A stretch of 64,000 nt of DNA. Source: Nemertoderma westbladi (taxonomy: Eukaryota > Animalia > Xenacoelomorpha). Below the pieces are notes generated by a model that did no database searches, was not told where the DNA came from, and was given only the letters and a program-made list of their open reading frames with translations. The stretch's first letter is position 1; every line of letters begins with the position of its first letter. The position numbers and the translations under genes were made by a program. The stretch is from positions 496,001 through 560,000 of the forward strand of contig JAUCBJ010001846.1 of the NCBI GenBank assembly GCA_032718475.1, given 5' to 3'. Positions 50,238-60,678 of this stretch are shown here, piece by piece.

Positions 50238-52624
50238 AGTTATCTTTAAAGCGTTTAGCGCGTTATTTGCCATTTGATTGGAACAAGGGTGTTTTAACCA
50301 CGGCTGGGCTTGAAATTGATGAAGTCATTAAAAACAAGGCTAAATTTTCGCAGGTTGTAGTAGGACAGGTGGTTGATATTAGCCCACATCCCAATGCGGA
50401 TCGTTTGCAGTGTTGTGTGGTTGATAGTGGGGATCAAAAACTTGAAATTGTCTGTGGTGCAAGCAATGTAAAGGTGGGGTGTTATTACCCGGTTGCTAAA
50501 GTGGGGGCAGTATTGCCCGGTGATTTTAAAATTAAAAAATCAAAAATACGGGGCGAAGCCTCTTTTGGAATGTTGTGTTCAGCAGCTGAGTTAGGGATTG
50601 ATTTAGGGTTAGGGGGTATTTGGGATATCACCAAAATAAGCACAACCCTTGGAAAGCCGTTTGAGTTGGTCGTTGATTTATCTGATGAGATTTATGTGTT
50701 TGACTTAACCCCTAATCGAGGGGATTGCTTGAGTTATTTGGGTATGGTACGCGAGATTGGTGCCTTGTATGATAAACCTTACCATTTTGATGCATTTGAT
50801 CATGCAGTTGATATTGATTCCTTACCTGAAACTGATATCAGTTTAGCTATTCAAGTGCCTGAAGTATGTCCCCATTATGTGGGGGTGTTGATTGAGCAGG
50901 TGAACAATACAATCGATACACCCTTTGAAATTGCCCATATTTTGCACCAATCAGGCTTTCGTGTCACCAATAACCCCGTTGCTGATATTACCAATTATGT
51001 AATGCTTTTATGCGGGCAGCCCCTTCATGCATTTGATCAAGCCCATATGGGTGATCAATTGTGCATACGTTATGCCAAAAAAGGTGAGAAACTTGAGTTG
51101 TTGAATAATCAATCTATTGACTTACAAACCCATAGTTTGTTGATTGTAGGCGATGATCAGCCGATTGCCTTAGCAGGGGTAATGGGGGGGCATTCCACAG
51201 CTGTTAATAAATCCACACGCTCTATTTGGCTAGAAAGTGCTTTTTTTTCACCCCAGGTGATTGCAGTTCAGGCCAGACGTTATGGGGTGAAAAGTGATGC
51301 GGCCCATCGTTTTGAGCGGGGGGTTGATTTTATGTTACAAAAAAAAGCGGCGGCTTTAACAATCAAGCTAATAACGACATTTTGTGGAGGCAAGGCATGT
51401 GCTAAACGCATTGTGTGTGATTCATCTGTTTTGCCTAAGCGTGTGGCAGTTGAATTATCAATCGATCGGATGAATCGGCTGTTGGGTACACAGCTTGATG
51501 CTGAAAAAGTTACCTCAATTTTGAAGCGTTTTGGTATGGAGGTAGCAGATAATGCTTATCAAAATTTGTTGGTTAAGCCGCCATCTTTTCGTTTTGATAT
51601 CAATTCATTGGGTGATCTGGCCGAGGAGGTGGCCCGTGTAATTGGGTATGATCAAATTCAAACCCAATCGATGATTTTGCATTCAGATTATCGATTGAAT
51701 CACGATTTTTCTCGCCCCTTGGCAGATGTTTTGGGTGAGGTGTTGGTTCACGCTGGGTATCAGCAGTGTATTAATTATAGTTTTATTAGCCCCAAGATAC
51801 ATCAGCTGTTTTTTGAAGGTATCAAGCCTATCAGGCTTTTAAATCCGATTAGTATGGAGCAATCGGTCATGCGCACGTCGCTGTTGCCCAGTTTGTTGGC
51901 AAATGTTGGGTATAATTTAAATCGCCAGCAGCATGATTGTCGTTTTTATGAGATGGGGTGCTGTTTTTCTCAAAAAAATGGCCAGCAAGGCATTGAGGAG
52001 TCTCAAAAAATGGCGGGTGTTTTGTTGGCCGAGATAAGCCCAGCGAAAGCTCATTGGTTGAAACAATCTATCGTTGATTTTTTCACATTAAAGGGTTATT
52101 TGTGTGCTTTGTTTAACCAAGTTAGTCAACCGATTGTTTTTGAACCTGTAGCACACAACTGGTTGGTTGCTGGACAATCGGCTCAGTTAATATTGAATGA
52201 TCAGCCGTTGGGTTTTTGTGGTTTATTAAAGCAAAAGTATTTGAAGGGGTGTGATTTACATAAACAGGTTCGTGCTTGTTTTGTATTTGAGTTTGATTTT
52301 AAGCTGCTCAAAGCATATCAGCCATTTTTTAAACCGCTTTCAAAATTCCCCACTAATCGTCGAGATATATCGTTGCTGGTGGATCGCTTGGTATGTTTTG
52401 CTGATATGGTTCAAGCAATTGAGTCGGAATTGATTGATGTGCTTAAAGCGGTGCATTTGATTGATTGCTATGAGGATGACGCGTTGGGGGATAATTTGTT
52501 TGGCATGACCTTGAGTATTATTTTAGAAGCTGATAGAACATTAAAAACTTCTGAAATTGATGAGGTTGTTCAGAAAGTTGTGTTAATATTAGAAGATAAA
52601 TTTAAGGTTAAACAACGCGTTTAG
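50234..52624 (+). CDS. pheT: Phenylalanyl-tRNA synthetase beta subunit
   Basis: HPNADRL, TPNRGDCLS, GQPLHAFD, RFERGVD. Confidence 0.97.
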   Translation: MKLSLKRLARYLPFDWNKGVLTTAGLEIDEVIKNKAKFSQVVVGQVVDISPHPNADRLQCCVVDSGDQKLEIVCGASNVKVGCYYPVAKVGAVLPGDFKIKKSKIRGEASFGMLCSAAELGIDLGLGGIWDITKISTTLGKPFELVVDLSDEIYVFDLTPNRGDCLSYLGMVREIGALYDKPYHFDAFDHAVDIDSLPETDISLAIQVPEVCPHYVGVLIEQVNNTIDTPFEIAHILHQSGFRVTNNPVADITNYVMLLCGQPLHAFDQAHMGDQLCIRYAKKGEKLELLNNQSIDLQTHSLLIVGDDQPIALAGVMGGHSTAVNKSTRSIWLESAFFSPQVIAVQARRYGVKSDAAHRFERGVDFMLQKKAAALTIKLITTFCGGKACAKRIVCDSSVLPKRVAVELSIDRMNRLLGTQLDAEKVTSILKRFGMEVADNAYQNLLVKPPSFRFDINSLGDLAEEVARVIGYDQIQTQSMILHSDYRLNHDFSRPLADVLGEVLVHAGYQQCINYSFISPKIHQLFFEGIKPIRLLNPISMEQSVMRTSLLPSLLANVGYNLNRQQHDCRFYEMGCCFSQKNGQQGIEESQKMAGVLLAEISPAKAHWLKQSIVDFFTLKGYLCALFNQVSQPIVFEPVAHNWLVAGQSAQLILNDQPLGFCGLLKQKYLKGCDLHKQVRACFVFEFDFKLLKAYQPFFKPLSKFPTNRRDISLLVDRLVCFADMVQAIESELIDVLKAVHLIDCYEDDALGDNLFGMTLSIILEADRTLKTSEIDEVVQKVVLILEDKFKVKQRV

Positions 52625-52626
52625 TT

Positions 52627-52926
52627 ATGTCCGCTCTTACCAAGGCAGATCTTCAGAAAGTTTTGATGCTTTATGGTTTTAATCGAACAGAGTCAAAGTT
52701 ATTCGTCAATGATTTTTTTGACATTATTGCTGAGGCATTTGTGAATCATCAAGCGGTTCGTTTGTCTGGTTTTGGTGTTTTTGGTGTATTGACAAAAAAG
52801 CAGCGCATGGGTCGCAACCCACGTTCGGGGGAGGAATTTGTGATTTCAGCAAGGAAAACGGTTTCTTTTAAGCCCTCAGTTGTTTTTAAAAATAGATTAA
52901 ATGAGCGGTCAATAGATGATCACTAG
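52627..52926 (+). CDS. ihfA: Integration host factor alpha subunit
   Basis: LTKADL, LSGFG.F, GRNPRSGE; follows pheT. Confidence 0.92.
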   Translation: MSALTKADLQKVLMLYGFNRTESKLFVNDFFDIIAEAFVNHQAVRLSGFGVFGVLTKKQRMGRNPRSGEEFVISARKTVSFKPSVVFKNRLNERSIDDH

Positions 52927-53260
52927 CCTAGATGTATCCGTTAAAAAGCGTTATTTTTCACTAAAAGAAGTCAGTGGTTTGCTAGGTGTTGCAAGCCATG
53001 TAATTCGTTATTGGGAAAAGAGTATGCCATTTGTTCAACCGGTTAGTCGGGGCAGTCGACGTTATTATCAACAAGGGGATATTGAGCAGTTAAAAAAGGT
53101 GAGTATTTTAATACAAGAGCAAGGTTATACCTTAAAAGGTGCTTTGGATTGTTTGGAAAAAACTAATCGAATGGATAAAAAAGATTCGAATCTTTTTGAT
53201 ATCACTCATAGAATTGATCAGGTTATTGATTTATTAGAAGAATCAATTAACGGGGCGTAG
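52916..53260 (+). CDS. MerR-family regulator
   Basis: KRYFSLKEVS..HVIRYWE..RRYY..GYTLKGA; conserved position after ihfA. Confidence 0.9.
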   Translation: MITSLDVSVKKRYFSLKEVSGLLGVASHVIRYWEKSMPFVQPVSRGSRRYYQQGDIEQLKKVSILIQEQGYTLKGALDCLEKTNRMDKKDSNLFDITHRIDQVIDLLEESINGA

Positions 53261-53324
53261 CGCAGTCTGGTAGCGCACCACAATGGGGTTGTGGGGGCCG
53301 CAAGTTCAAATCTTGCCGCCCCGA
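53251..53324 (+). tRNA. tRNA-Pro(GGG), CCA not encoded
   Basis: CGGGGCG/CGCCCCG acceptor stem, CCACA-ATGGGGT-TGTGG anticodon arm, GTTCAAAT T loop. Confidence 0.93.
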
Positions 53325-54275
53325 TTTTTTGCTTGATAAAATGACTTGTCCCTAAATTTATCATTGTTTGTTTCTGTTTATCTTGATGTATTAATGATTG
53401 GGCGTACTATGACTCAAGGTAAAAGACCATGATTAGTACAGAAACAATAATAACCTTGTGTTGTTTAGGGTTTTTTATAGGTGTTGTTTGTCTGATTGGA
53501 GTTGTTTTTTTCATGTCCTTAGCGAAATGCTTTAAACTTTCTAGCAAGATTTTTTTCCTCACAAAGTTGTCTTTTTAATTGTGTAAGCCTCCATCTTATT
53601 GGGACTAATTGAGATCGATAATTTTGTGCCTCAAAGCCATTCCAGAGTTTATTTAGCGTATTCAAAATTGACTGAAGTCCTATAACAGACTGCTTGGGTA
53701 AATTTCTCTGGGGCGAACACAAAACCTGATAGCCAGTGTCCTGATAGAATGAACTACTAGTTTAGTTGTACTTGTGTAATGAAAGGAGGACCACCAATCC
53801 CGCTTGGGTAATTTAGTAGTGGATATTAATCAATTACGCTTTTGACTTGGTACAGAAAACTGACCATCTTTTTTCTTAAATCACCCTTCAAAAAGTCATG
53901 CTATAGGTTACGAAGCTTATTATTTTTAAGCGTTATTTTTTTCAATATCTGCAATGGCATATACATTCAGTCGAAAATTATTAATTAACCATGTTTTTTT
54001 ATCAATCTCATTTTTAATGAAATTAATTTGATCAAGCGGTAGTTCTTGTTTTGTGTATACGTCCTCGTTCCATTGATGAAGTCGGTAAGGTGCTGAGGTA
54101 ATTGATTTATTAGTAACACTTTTAAACTCACTATCTACCTAGCTATTAATATTTTTGACGAACAAGGTTTTTTTGATCTGTCAATGTTGATTGAAGGCGT
54201 TTGATTGATTTTTGAATCGAATTTTTTAGATACTGAATTTTCCCCATCATAGGTTCGTCATAAAATTGGAAGTAT

Positions 54276-54662
54276 TCATCCAAAAAAGCAAAACAAGGTA
54301 TTTAGCTGTCTTTGGTTCGAAATGCGTGTATTAAGTTCATAGTAAATTATGAGCTGTTCATCCAATAACCGCTGCGTATTATTAATCTGCTGATCAATGG
54401 TTGAAGAGAAAAGCACCGTATTTGCATTGCTGCCTTCTTGGGGCAAGCTGTTGATTTCACCGATCAATTGGCTTATATTTTTGCTCAGGTTTTGAATATT
54501 TTCAACGTTTTTGGAAAGTGCTTCCCTGTGTTTTTTGATATCACTCACAATGCGCTTTATCAATGGGGTAGCTAACCACGGAGTAAGGACACTAGCAATA
54601 ACAAACCCAACCCAATGCCCTAGATTACAATAATATCTAGCCTGAGCGGCTAGATGATTCAA
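54276..54662 (-). other. Hypothetical TM plus coiled-coil ORF fragment in a degraded region
   Basis: 128-aa frame with a non-ATG start and broken flanks. Confidence 0.3.
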
Positions 54663-55238
54663 GACATTTTGGTGGTATGCTTTTTGCTATAAATTTGCAT
54701 TGAAATGAGTGCGAGCAGTACCCAAAGCGTGCTGTTTGGCTAGTATGACTGAATGAATATGGGTAAGAAGGGGCTGATTGTATTACTCACAAAATACTTC
54801 GAGCGCTCCAACTGATAAGACAAATACTTTTTTGTATCAGAGAGACTAACTGCAAAAAAGCTGCACTCTCCATGTAAAGCCTTTGAAAATAATGCCAAGT
54901 CAAATAATGACACTTATCAAACAAAGCCAATTTTTGATGCTTGAACGCATCAAAATCAACGGAACTCATTTTGATTGTTTTTTTAGTAAGTGAGAACTTG
55001 TTTTGATGCTTAATTTTTTATTGTAGAGATAGGTTGTGTGGTGTACCTGTCAACATCAGAGACTACTGAAGTCTATTTAGGGATCATCTAAGCTGTTATT
55101 ATAGCGCGATTGATACTTGTATATAAGTATTAGATTATTAAGAACAAGTATGTTACACAATATTTGTATTCAAATGTGTAGCTAACGGGTGGTTAAGATA
55201 AGATTGTTTTTGATTTTTTTATAGTGGATTAACGTATT

Positions 55239-56209
55239 TTAAGTGGGGCTATCAATGAGAAGATGAAGGGCTTGTTCAGGTTGGCTGTTAATATCAAAGT
55301 TGATGGCTGATAATAGCAATTGCAACCCAACAATAACCGATAGCACGGCAACCATAATAGTCCCCGTTGGGGTACTTGTTTGTGTTAAAGTTGATTGCAA
55401 CCAGTGGTAGGTGCCAAAAATTGAACCAAACAATAACAAAGCTGGCCCTAACACCCATTCAAACGAGGCCACACTAAAATTCCGTAAATAATAATTATAA
55501 AAAATCCGTTTCAATGTATTGCGAATATGGCCAAATAAAAATGGGAACATCACTGTTGTTGCACATAGATTTGATTGTTCGTTTCCATACACCGCTTTCA
55601 TGGGCACATCTAACACAACGGCTTGCACGGTGTTTAGGCGAAACAACAGATCAGTTTCAAAAAAGAACCGGTGGGCAATTTTTTCTTCTTTAATTAATTC
55701 AAATACACTTAAATGAATGGCGCTAAACCCATTGGTCGGGTCCATGATCTTCCAATACCCGGTTGAGAATTTCGATAAAAAAGATAACCCCGCATTGCCA
55801 ATGATTCGATGTAGTGGCATGGAGCGGATCATCCGAGGGGAGAAAAAACGATTCCCCTTGGTGTAATCACACAGCCCCTGTTGAATGGGTTTAATAAGTT
55901 TTAAGGCATTTTGGGGGTTCATTTGTCCATCCCCATCAATTTTAACCGCAATTATGCAGCCATCAGAGATAGCTTTTTTATAACCTGTCATCACCGAAGC
56001 CCCCACCCCAAGGTTTTGGGGGTGGGTCATAATCTCAAGCCGCGGGTCTTTGCAGTTCGCTTTTAAAAAATCCCCGAACCTTCGAGGCACCCATCATCAA
56101 TGCAATAAATTTTATCAAACACATTGGGCATGTTTTGGATCACCCAAAGAATGTGAGGCTTAACTTTGAACATGGGAACAATGGCAGCAATCAAAACGTT
56201 ATACCCCAT
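55239..56209 (-). pseudogene. GT2 (DPM-synthase-like) glycosyltransferase, frameshifted near 56075
   Basis: N-terminal IAAIVPMFK..IYCIDDGC is in a different frame from NLGVG..KIDGDGQM..KGNRF. Confidence 0.82.
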
Positions 56210-56273
56210 AATAAATGTAAAATCGCCCCATCAATGCCCACTGTATTGAGGGTGGTTTGCTCGCTAGTGCCTT

Positions 56274-57670
56274 TCATTTTTCAGTATTTTTTTTAGAAAA
56301 ACAAATCGCCAGCCAAATGGCAGGTAACAGTGCATAACTTGCAATTAAAATTTCGTTATAGCGCGGGGGGTTGACCGATACAAACCCATGAAAACCCAGC
56401 ATAAACACCGCTGGGAACACATACATCAAAAACGGAGCCAGTTGGTTTCGTTTTTTAAACCATTGAATAGCCGGCCAAGTTGTTAAAACCGCTGGGGCGA
56501 ATAGCAGGTGTCCTGCCAATATACCATGCGAGATAACAGGGAAAGTCACCATCACATGCCAGAAAAAATTGGGCAATAAATCACTTTTAATTACATCAAG
56601 GGCACTTTGGCCGCTATGGGCGATTTGAGGGATCAAAACAGCTGGTAGTAACTTTTGCTTTCATTGTGTACCAAGTTGAGGGTGGTTTGCTCATCAAAAA
56701 GCGCTCGGCAAATATCGCCACCGATGCGCGGCAACCAGCAGAAAAAGCTTGCGACCCACTCATAAAAAGTCATGGCATTAAAGCTGAGTCGCTGCACGAG
56801 TATAAGCGGTGCGTAGCCTTGGGTGATGGCCCATGTGTCAAAGTAATAAAAGTTTCTTCCCAGCCAAGGCAGCAAGACAACCAGGGCAGCCAAGCCCAAA
56901 ACAAGGCACTGTTGAAAGGCAGTTTGTAGGGGTGTTTTTTGATAAAAGTAGGCATATAAAAAACACACCGGTATCAAGCCATAGAGCATGTAAAGATAAG
57001 CCGGTCGGGTGAGGATTAAAAGCCCAATTAAACCCCCCGATAAAACATACAGCCATCTACTTGTGTTGCGAGTGAGACAAAAGGTATAGCTGGCGAGAAA
57101 CGCAAAAAATAGCACCAGCACTAAGTTTTCAGTCAGGACTAAATAAGCAAATTTTTGAAACACCAAACACAGGCTGGAGATGATCATCGAAAGCCATGCC
57201 ACATGCTGTGACTTGGTTAAAAACCACACCGATAAAAAAATAAAAAAAGCACTCAAGCCCGCTAAAACAGACTGAACCAATTGCAAAAAATTGAGTTGAT
57301 CCAACGGGCAATTCGATGAAATGCTGGATGTATTGTGTTTTTGGTTGGCAATGCAGTTGATCACTGTTTTGGTATCATCATTTATCATGGCAACAAGCGC
57401 CACAAATGCCGGGTAGAGCGGGGCAAAAAACATGCCTTGTTGTTGGTAGTCGATTATTTTTTCTTTTGAATAAGCGCCTGTAAAGGTATGTTGGGTGATC
57501 AAATTATTGGCAAGGGTGGTGTAACTAAAGTCATCCAATGCAGGGTAGTGGTCTAACAAGGGGCTTGTGATTGCGCTTAAAAGTAGTGATAAAACAATGG
57601 CAACTGCCAAGGGCATTAAAATAAAATGATGGTGGGCTAATTTCATGTCGCTTTTAAATAAAATAGGCAT
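56274..57670 (-). pseudogene. ArnT/PMT-like (GT-C) membrane glycosyltransferase, split near 56635
   Basis: DD..Y...A, PLYP.F, LTE.L, LTRP, PW..RN; continues as 56274-56636 (PRY motif). Confidence 0.65.
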
Positions 57671-57790
57671 TTTTATATTGGTTCAATGTTTTGAAGTGCA
57701 ATAAGCCCCTGTCAGCAGGGTTGCTTTTAAATAAAATAATTATCTCATCCAGTCTTTAGCAATTGCAAAAAAAGGTGGCCTTGTTGCGTA

Positions 57791-58279
57791 TCAATTTGAA
57801 TGATGATGTTGATGGGCATGGGGTGTTTGATAAGCGCCCACCGAGATGATGTGCCCTGTCGTATTGAGTAAACATCCATTTGAAAATACCCACCGCACCT
57901 TTATTTTTTTAGTTTCAAGCAATTTGACATCAAATAACATTAAGTGCATATCGCCTTTTTTTAAGTGCAGGGTGGTTTGCGCAGGTATTGTAAATTTTTC
58001 AACGTGCTGCATGGTGGCAACACCTTTTTGTTGTAGGGTATGGTGTATTTGCGTGGTGGCTGACAAATTGGTTGAGGCATCAATTAGCTCAAGGGTTTGC
58101 TTGTTATGGTTTTTGATGGTGGCATAAACGGCCCCTGTGCCCAGCGGGGTGAGGCGTGCTTGCACGTTTTTAATGTGAATATAATCGCAGTTAAGTGCTT
58201 GGGTTGGCTCAAATTTAACCGCAAAAAGGGGATGAAACGTTAAAATGCTAAGAATTAAAAAAGACAAATATTTTTTCAT
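57791..58279 (-). CDS. PCu(A)C copper chaperone
   Basis: Signal peptide, GAVY.TI.N, H..(x)..M, L..G..HLML, His-rich tail. Confidence 0.88.
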   Translation of the reverse strand: MKKYLSFLILSILTFHPLFAVKFEPTQALNCDYIHIKNVQARLTPLGTGAVYATIKNHNKQTLELIDASTNLSATTQIHHTLQQKGVATMQHVEKFTIPAQTTLHLKKGDMHLMLFDVKLLETKKIKVRWVFSNGCLLNTTGHIISVGAYQTPHAHQHHHSN

Positions 58280-58897
58280 ATGCTGGGTCAGTTTTTTTGT
58301 TCATCACTTAGGGTAGTTATAGCAGTTGGCGTGCTTTTTGGTCTAGTTTGGGGGATATACGTGATTTTCTTGATGCCATCTGGGGAAGCGCTGCCTTTTC
58401 ACCGTGAGGGCGGGCATGATGTTTTTAGAACCATTGAGTTAATCGACCACCACAGCCAACCATTTGATGCAAAAAGTCTCACCCAAAAAACGGCTGTTAT
58501 TTATTTTGGTTACACCTTTTGTCCCGATGTGTGCCCAAATGAGCTGGCTTTGCTTTCTAACGCGCTTGATAAGCTCGGTAGTAGCAGCCAAAAATTCCAG
58601 CCTATTTTTATCTCCGTTGATCCCAAACGCGATACCCCTGCTATCCTCAAGCAATATCAAATATTTTTTCACCCTCAATTATGGGGGCTTGTACCGGCTG
58701 ATCAGGTATCGCTTAAGACATTGACTGATTATTTTGGGGTGTATTATCAGATAGATGATCAATCCATAAATCAAAACCATTATTTGATCAACCATTCCTC
58801 ATTTTTTTTGATTATCAAGCCTGATGGTAGTTACAGGCCCTTTTTTGGTATTAAACAAGTTAGCGAGCTTGTTACGCTATTAAAGCAATATTTATGA
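58280..58897 (+). CDS. SCO1/SenC-family protein
   Basis: YFGYTFCPDVCP, ISVDPKRD, Y.INHS. Confidence 0.93.
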   Translation: MLGQFFCSSLRVVIAVGVLFGLVWGIYVIFLMPSGEALPFHREGGHDVFRTIELIDHHSQPFDAKSLTQKTAVIYFGYTFCPDVCPNELALLSNALDKLGSSSQKFQPIFISVDPKRDTPAILKQYQIFFHPQLWGLVPADQVSLKTLTDYFGVYYQIDDQSINQNHYLINHSSFFLIIKPDGSYRPFFGIKQVSELVTLLKQYL

Positions 58898-59598
58898 GTG
58901 CACAAACGCTTCGCTGGAATAATCACACGCTGCGTTTAGCGCGGATGGATCGAAAAACCATTGGTATTTATGTTAAAAATACAGGGACTGAGGTGCGTAT
59001 CCCTAGGCGGTTAAGCCAAGGGGAGCTGATGCGATTTTTGCAGCAAAAAAGCGACTGGATCGAAAAAAGTATTCGCAAGCAGCAGGCAAGGCAAGGCACC
59101 CCTAAACAATTCGTCAATGGGGAATATTTTTTATACCTAGGGCGGCGTTATCGGTTGTGTATTGAAAAAAACTTGGTCAATCAAGCTGTGTTTAGGCAAG
59201 ATCAGTTGTGGGTGGGGCTTGAGCAGCCTGATAATCAATCACAGGTGATAGGTTTAATTCAATCAAATTACCAGCGTTTATCGACTCAATTTTTAACCCA
59301 ACAGGTCAATGTGTATGCCTCTATTGTAGGGGTTTGGCCAAATGAGGTACGTATTCGGGGCTTTAAATCCATGTGGGGTAATTGTAACCATTTGGGGCGT
59401 TTGCAACTAAACGCTCGGCTGATTATGGCACCGATTGAAGCCATTGATTATGTGGTGGTGCACGAACTTGCCCATTTAATTCACCTAAATCACAGCAAAC
59501 AGTTTTGGGCAGTGGTGGCGTCGGTTTTACCTAACTATAAAGCGCAGCGTCAGTGGCTTAAAGAAAACGGACATACTTTGCGTATTGACATAGGGTAG
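58894..59598 (+). CDS. YgjP/DUF45 (SprT-like) metallohydrolase
   Basis: GE..LYLG, WGNC, DYVVVHELAH..H.NHS..FW. Confidence 0.9.
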   Translation: MSAQTLRWNNHTLRLARMDRKTIGIYVKNTGTEVRIPRRLSQGELMRFLQQKSDWIEKSIRKQQARQGTPKQFVNGEYFLYLGRRYRLCIEKNLVNQAVFRQDQLWVGLEQPDNQSQVIGLIQSNYQRLSTQFLTQQVNVYASIVGVWPNEVRIRGFKSMWGNCNHLGRLQLNARLIMAPIEAIDYVVVHELAHLIHLNHSKQFWAVVASVLPNYKAQRQWLKENGHTLRIDIG

Positions 59599-59629
59599 GT
59601 GAGTTTTTGGCTATTGGTTATATTTGAGT

Positions 59630-59640
59630 TACTTATAGTC
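59630..59640 (+). promoter_or_regulatory. C-box-like operator
   Basis: TACTTATAGTC differs at one position from the GACT-N3-AGTC C-box consensus and lies 22 bp upstream of a C-protein gene. Confidence 0.55.
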
Positions 59641-59662
59641 CATTTATAATAATCATATCAGT

Positions 59663-59896
59663 ATGAATGCCAATGCAAAAACCCCCATCACTATTTATTT
59701 TGGTAATAGAATTCGTGAGCTTAGAAGATCGCGAGGTCTCTCACAGGAATCTCTTGCTGGTTTTGCAGATCTAGACCGCAGTTACATCGGTGGTGTAGAG
59801 CGTGGGGATAGAAACATTCGTTTGAATAATATTTAAAAATTATCAAATGCTCTCAACGTTAACATTGCTGAGTTTTTTAAGGATTTAAATGACTAA
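59663..59896 (+). pseudogene. R-M controller (C) protein, XRE HTH, with a premature TAA
   Basis: FGNRIRELRRSRGLSQESLA..ADLDRSYIGGVERGDRNI.L.NI*KLSNALNV. Confidence 0.85.
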
Positions 59897-60660
59897 TTTA
59901 TCGGATACTTTTAAATACATATTTCATTTTCGCCATATAGGTCATCAAGTAGGGCGAAAAGTGGGTGACATGCTTGAAGTGCTAACCTATGCAGCCATTG
60001 CTAGAGATGCCAACATGCTTTCATAGTTGCATGTTGAACCGAAGTTATATGGTTTTTCAGGGGCGGGTCATAAAGTAGCGTTTATTTTATTCTCCTCTAC
60101 CAACTTTGATGAAGATGGGAATCCGAAGGTTATTCATGGAGGTTCAATAGCTGATTCATCAAAGGTTATTAGCTTCATCGAATGCAAAAGGTAGGTGTAG
60201 AGCAAACGGTTAATGGTCAGTTTAAAAAAACATTCCCCAAAAATGGAAATAATAAAAATTATAAAGTTCCATACGATACTGAATTGAACATTTCTTTTGC
60301 GCCTCATGGCGGAGAGCGACACACATGCAAAGTTTCTTTTACAGCTGATAGAGGTATAAAATCACAAGAATGAAGACCCCACCTTTCTATTTCAAGAAAA
60401 TTTGATTGATGATAGTCGAATTATTTTCACGCTCAATACTGAAGGGGCTTTAGAGGCAATTGGTAACGCTAGAAGTTTGCAAGATGATGCCCTGACATTG
60501 TTTAATTGCAGGATTTTGGAGATAGTATCAGTCAACGATGATGGCGTAATCGCTTTGCTAAATGATTGCTTGTCTGGTACTCAAACGCTAGAAAAAGCGA
60601 AGCAATCCTCTTTTGTTATGTTAGATGCAAGAAAAAGCCTTAACAGACAATCCCTTTGCT
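59889..60660 (+). pseudogene. Probable type II restriction endonuclease, fragmented
   Basis: Overlaps the end of the C gene. GRKVGDMLE..GHKV.F..FIECK/KVGVEQT is PD-(D/E)xK-like. Contains stops and frameshifts. Confidence 0.6.
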
Positions 60661-60678
60661 ACAGTTTCTTAAAGATTA

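Noticed and set aside
9434-60030. Repeated in-frame TAG codons (IS transposase, YheO-like gene, gp46-2, REase) suggesting amber recoding
   Set aside because: In-frame TAA stops and frameshifts are also common, and intact genes such as rplT, pheT and gp44 end in TAG. Ordinary decay explains the pattern.
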